Shown here: piece by piece, positions 60,332 to 64,000 of the stretch
Position numbering within the stretch: the first letter of the stretch is position 1
Layout: the number at the start of each line of letters is the position of its first letter
Assembly: GCA_001662655.1 (NCBI GenBank)
Contig: KV460213.1
Source: Pseudogymnoascus verrucosus
Lineage: Eukaryota
Direction: 5' to 3' (one strand)
Length of the DNA stretch: 64,000 nt
Program-made: the position numbers and the translations under genes
Notes under the pieces: model-generated
Databases searched by the model: none
The model's input: the letters and a program-made list of their open reading frames with translations, nothing else
What the model was told of the DNA's origin: nothing

Positions 60332-63300
60332 TCAGCGACCTCCTGCGAGGACGCCACGGTAGTACTCCACGCTCAAGTCAGCCGTGTGCTTCAAGTACTT
60401 GTCTTCCGTAAGAGGCAGTCTAAGGACTCTGCTCTGATCATGCCCCTGTATTGTGTTAGTCGGGATCCACAAAACATTAGGTTGTTGCGCGATTCTTACC
60501 TTCCCATTCTTCCCAAGCTGAACCACCACCCTCGCAACACACGCCCCGATCTCCTGAACCGCCACCTTCTCCAGGAAACCCACACTCTTCACATCCGATA
60601 GCATAGCCGGAAGACTGCCCAACAGCCTCTCCACGGCTTGCCCGTCATGCTCGCCTTGCTTCTCTCCATCCAACAAGGTTAAGTAGTCTGCATACGTTGC
60701 ACCGCCAAGGTTCCAGTCGCGAATACCACCTTCCCTCTGTTGAAAGCCGCTTAGTAGTTTGCGCAGTGTTGCATCATCCTGCTCGATGACTGCGGTTGGC
60801 GCAACGACCTTGTAGAAAGTGCGGTGCGCTTCGTCGAATGCACCGGCACGGATGAGGCATTCTACCTCGCGTTTTGGGTCCTTGAGGACGGCGCGCATGT
60901 AGAGTGCCTTTGCGTCCCAGATCCACGAAGATGGGATCTTGAACTGGTCGATAAGGGTAGTGAAAGCTGGCCCATCTTCTGCCCCGATGCGGCCGGCGTG
61001 GTGAGCGAGGTGATCCTGGACGCTCTTCGTACGAGCAGCCGGCGACGACAAGTGGAGGAGCACAAACACAGCGTCGAGCCAATGGCCGTTATTCGTAAGC
61101 TGAGCTGCGAATGACAAAGTAAGCTCATCAGCCTTTTCGTCGGCCTGTTCACCGTATGAGCACTTGCCAGACGCTGTGAGTGCCTGGCTAAGCTGCCAAG
61201 AAAATCGCATGTTCAATGGCGACAATTGCGAGTTTTCAGGGCGCAGAACAGCTTGGAGGTCTGTCTTATTGTCGGAGTACAGCTTAAGCAACCCCCAGAG
61301 GAGGTCCTCACGATCTTCTAGGTGTTGATCGTCCCAAAGCGGCGAGATGTTTTGCTCCACATACCACGCGAATGGCTTAGAAGACTCCTTGTCTTGCTGA
61401 AGATCTTCAGCGAACTTCAATACGGCATGCTCAAGTTCCTCTGTACCCGAGATGGCATACCAGAGTCTGAGGCCAAATGCTTGTCTCCAATCCAATCCAA
61501 ATCGCTTAGACATGATGAAAGAGTCAATGCGGTCTTCGATAGGCGCTCCTTTAATGCCATCACAAACACAAACATTACCAGCCAGGATCTCGTAAATAGC
61601 TCGGAGAGGTTGGTTGATCTCTGAGAGCACTCTAGCTTTGTTCCACTCGTTCAGCTGCTCCCGGATGTTCTTGCGCACAGATTCATTGCCATCAAGTAGA
61701 GCTACCAGGGTAGCGAGATGGTAATCTTTGCCAGTTAACAGATGGGTGCAAGCGTCGGGAATTCGATGCCCACTAAGAGCAGCAATCGCCTTTTCTTCAG
61801 ACGATTTCGCCATTGTGATCTGTCTTGTGGAGGCCTGTTCAACAACCTTCTCCCAGAATGCGGAAAGGTTATCCTTGCGCAAGAACTTGAATGCTGCCGG
61901 GAATCCCTTGAGGTCGTCTGGGATCTCGATCTCGTCAAACAGAATGCTTGCAAGCTCCCAAACAAGGTTTTCATGAATAGCTGCTGGGTGGCGCGAGTCT
62001 CGGTCGCGAACGAAATCACTAAATTTAAATGGCAGAGAGAGTCTGGCTTGTGGAATGCCTCCGGCTTGATCCACTTGAGCCAATTTCTTTTGGATTGAGA
62101 GAGAGTTCGGTGTCGACTCATCTGAAAACTTGGCAAATCGAATATCCTTATCTTCACCGGTAAGAACAGTCGTTTGCGAAAGAAGGCCATGCATCTCAAT
62201 GGCGTTGGTGGCTTGGTTGTCGACTGCAGATGCCGCATAAACAAGGGTTCCAGTGGGACCCCAGCTTGGCTTGACTGAATTGTGAAATTGTTGGTCGATC
62301 TCATCCATATCATCCTCATTCGGACTAGACTTGGACTTCTTCTTGTATGGCCACTCAAACCCAGTTCCTCGCGCTGGTATCTGTGCTACCTTCGCTGTCT
62401 TTGCTGGCTTTGCCGGACTTTTTGGTTCACCAAACAGTGAATGCATGAGGTCGATGCTAGTTGCGAAGCCACGGCCATCAGATACCACACGGCTCTTAAC
62501 TGGCGAAACAAGTGTCTTCTGAGGGGATCCAAAGAGAAGAGCATCCGTTTCCATGTCTCGAATCTGCTTCAGATGTTCCCGGTCCTGCTTCTGAGGGCTA
62601 ATTGTCTGCTCGAGCATGTCCATCCAGTTGTCGCCGTTCAGCTCCAATTTGCGCTTGAGTGGTGACCCAGCAGCACGCGACTCACGTAGTCGTGCTCGCA
62701 TAAGGCCTCCTGGAGCTTCACCTACATCCTCCTCAAAACTCTCCTGTGCGTAGTCACTCTCAGGCTCCGCGGTAGCGTCAGGTTGAGGGTAAGAGCCCGC
62801 CATCTCGTTACTCACAATCCTAACCAATTCATTGTCTTGGTAACTCTCGTCGTGGTCCATAGGCTCCCCGACGTCGTCGCTTGACAATGAACCCACGGAG
62901 CGCTCATCTAAAAAAGACTGGTTGTCCTGGATATCATGATCGTCCTCCATCTCATCATCATCTTCAACGACTTCAGATGCATCAAAAGCGCCTGGGAAAA
63001 CCTTGCGCTTCTTGAAGTCAAAGGTATCCTCGGGGTCTGACTCCGTAATTACGCTCTCATCGAATGTCGATTCAAAAGACTGATCGTGTTGAACGGCCCT
63101 TGGCGTTCTGGTTTGTGGGGTTGGCGTGTCTGGCGCAGCGCTGAGTGTGCTCTGGCCAAAGTCGTCTTGAGTCTCATCGCCAACCTCGGAATCGTCGTCA
63201 TCATAATCCAGACCATATGTCGTAAAGTGAGGAACTTTGAATGTCCATACACCAATAGATTTATCGTAACTCAAGAACTCAGTATCTGGAACTCTTGTGA

Positions 63301-64000
63301 GGCGCTTCAAATGTCTGTCCATTTGGGCCTTAATATGCTCAGGCGACATTTTGCGCTTGTCGAGCCTTGGCCAAGAATTCTCCATCTGGATGATCGAGGG
63401 AACATTCATGCCCTGACCCATCGGCGGCTTATTGGGGTACCCGGGAGGGTAAACAGTAGCGGCGCGAATTTGGAGGTCAACAATCGTGCCGAAAATCTTG
63501 TCGAGATCAACGTTTGACAGGTCAACAGGAGCATCGAAGTTCACAGTGGCGACTCCCCGTCGACCAACTTTGAAGTTACTGATCCTTTGACGCTGAGTTC
63601 GGTTCATGGCTTCGATCTCTGGTCTCGATGGCATCATCCAATACTCTCCTGGTACCTGATCAGGCTGGATTGCTAGGGGGAAGGGCTTCTCGCCGGTAGA
63701 TGGACTACCCTCCTCTGGGACGATGGCCAACTCCTTTCCTTTAACCTGCTCCATTTCTGGCTCGTTGGACGTTCCATTTGTCCTCGGGCCAGCACCATTC
63801 GTGCTTCGAGAGGAGCGTAGGAATCCCATCTCCTCGGCGGACGGAGTTGGTCCGACATTGGTATGAACCTGCTTCAGCGGGCTTGATGTGCTGGATGAGG
63901 GGCGACCGTTGTTTCCGTTGCCATTAGACGACTCGAAGCTCACACGCTTCTTGAGGATTCCGTTTTGCTGCTCCTTGGGCTCTTTGCTTGGGGGGCTGAA
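60332..64000 (-). CDS. NUP98: Nucleoporin Nup98-Nup96 precursor, 3' part (autoproteolytic domain and Nup96); 5' end lies beyond the window; intron 60446-60499
   Basis: YWMMPS..FKVGR..KPPMGQGMNVP..WTFKVPHFTTYGL autoproteolytic domain; Nup96 motifs VWELASILFD and LDWRQAFGLRLWY. Confidence 0.95.
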   Translation of the reverse strand, partial: FSPPSKEPKEQQNGILKKRVSFESSNGNGNNGRPSSSTSSPLKQVHTNVGPTPSAEEMGFLRSSRSTNGAGPRTNGTSNEPEMEQVKGKELAIVPEEGSPSTGEKPFPLAIQPDQVPGEYWMMPSRPEIEAMNRTQRQRISNFKVGRRGVATVNFDAPVDLSNVDLDKIFGTIVDLQIRAATVYPPGYPNKPPMGQGMNVPSIIQMENSWPRLDKRKMSPEHIKAQMDRHLKRLTRVPDTEFLSYDKSIGVWTFKVPHFTTYGLDYDDDDSEVGDETQDDFGQSTLSAAPDTPTPQTRTPRAVQHDQSFESTFDESVITESDPEDTFDFKKRKVFPGAFDASEVVEDDDEMEDDHDIQDNQSFLDERSVGSLSSDDVGEPMDHDESYQDNELVRIVSNEMAGSYPQPDATAEPESDYAQESFEEDVGEAPGGLMRARLRESRAAGSPLKRKLELNGDNWMDMLEQTISPQKQDREHLKQIRDMETDALLFGSPQKTLVSPVKSRVVSDGRGFATSIDLMHSLFGEPKSPAKPAKTAKVAQIPARGTGFEWPYKKKSKSSPNEDDMDEIDQQFHNSVKPSWGPTGTLVYAASAVDNQATNAIEMHGLLSQTTVLTGEDKDIRFAKFSDESTPNSLSIQKKLAQVDQAGGIPQARLSLPFKFSDFVRDRDSRHPAAIHENLVWELASILFDEIEIPDDLKGFPAAFKFLRKDNLSAFWEKVVEQASTRQITMAKSSEEKAIAALSGHRIPDACTHLLTGKDYHLATLVALLDGNESVRKNIREQLNEWNKARVLSEINQPLRAIYEILAGNVCVCDGIKGAPIEDRIDSFIMSKRFGLDWRQAFGLRLWYAISGTEELEHAVLKFAEDLQQDKESSKPFAWYVEQNISPLWDDQHLEDREDLLWGLLKLYSDNKTDLQAVLRPENSQLSPLNMRFSWQLSQALTASGKCSYGEQADEKADELTLSFAAQLTNNGHWLDAVFVLLHLSSPAARTKSVQDHLAHHAGRIGAEDGPAFTTLIDQFKIPSSWIWDAKALYMRAVLKDPKREVECLIRAGAFDEAHRTFYKVVAPTAVIEQDDATLRKLLSGFQQREGGIRDWNLGGATYADYLTLLDGEKQGEHDGQAVERLLGSLPAMLSDVKSVGFLEKVAVQEIGACVARVVVQLGKNGKVRIAQQPNVLWIPTNTIQGHDQSRVLRLPLTEDKYLKHTADLSVEYYRGVLAGGR

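Noticed and set aside
63221..63229. Nup98-96 cleavage motif HFT instead of HFS
   Set aside because: Thr can act as the nucleophile and, as I recall, HFT is the usual form in filamentous ascomycetes, so it is not novel.
1..64000. CRISPR arrays, rRNA, intact transposons, prokaryotic operons
   Set aside because: None seen; the window is intron-containing fungal euchromatin.

Overview
This is eukaryotic DNA from a filamentous ascomycete (Pezizomycotina; Leotiomycete-like by my impression, not verified). It has short GT-AG introns with CTRAC/CTAAT branch sites. The conserved backbone is: an MtfA-like C2H2 transcription factor, an Ldh_2-family dehydrogenase, Rab escort protein (MRS6), a ferric reductase, MER3 helicase, a UDP-galactose transporter, a Pho85 cyclin, LIS1/NudF, a VCX1-type Ca/H exchanger, TFIIE-beta, Mlp1/Tpr, dynactin p27, complex I 51-kDa subunit, FMC1, an EngB-type GTPase, an intron-containing tRNA-Gln(TTG) and the 3' part of Nup98-96. 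Three features stand out. (1) An intact 9-exon fungal NLR (alpha/beta-hydrolase, NB-ARC, TPR), which needs a GC-AG intron and two micro-exons, sits head-to-head with an unannotated spliced 78-aa Q/N/G/Y-rich protein. That protein has an N-myristoylation signal, a 13-residue pseudo-repeat and a C-terminal CC, so the two may be an NLR-partner (guardee or amyloid) module. (2) A box C/D snoRNA lies in the last MRS6 intron, with an snR62/U34-type LSU guide and a second guide matching SSU rRNA. (3) Very long AUG-free leaders precede mtfA and the cyclin. All homology calls come from motif recognition; no searches were run.
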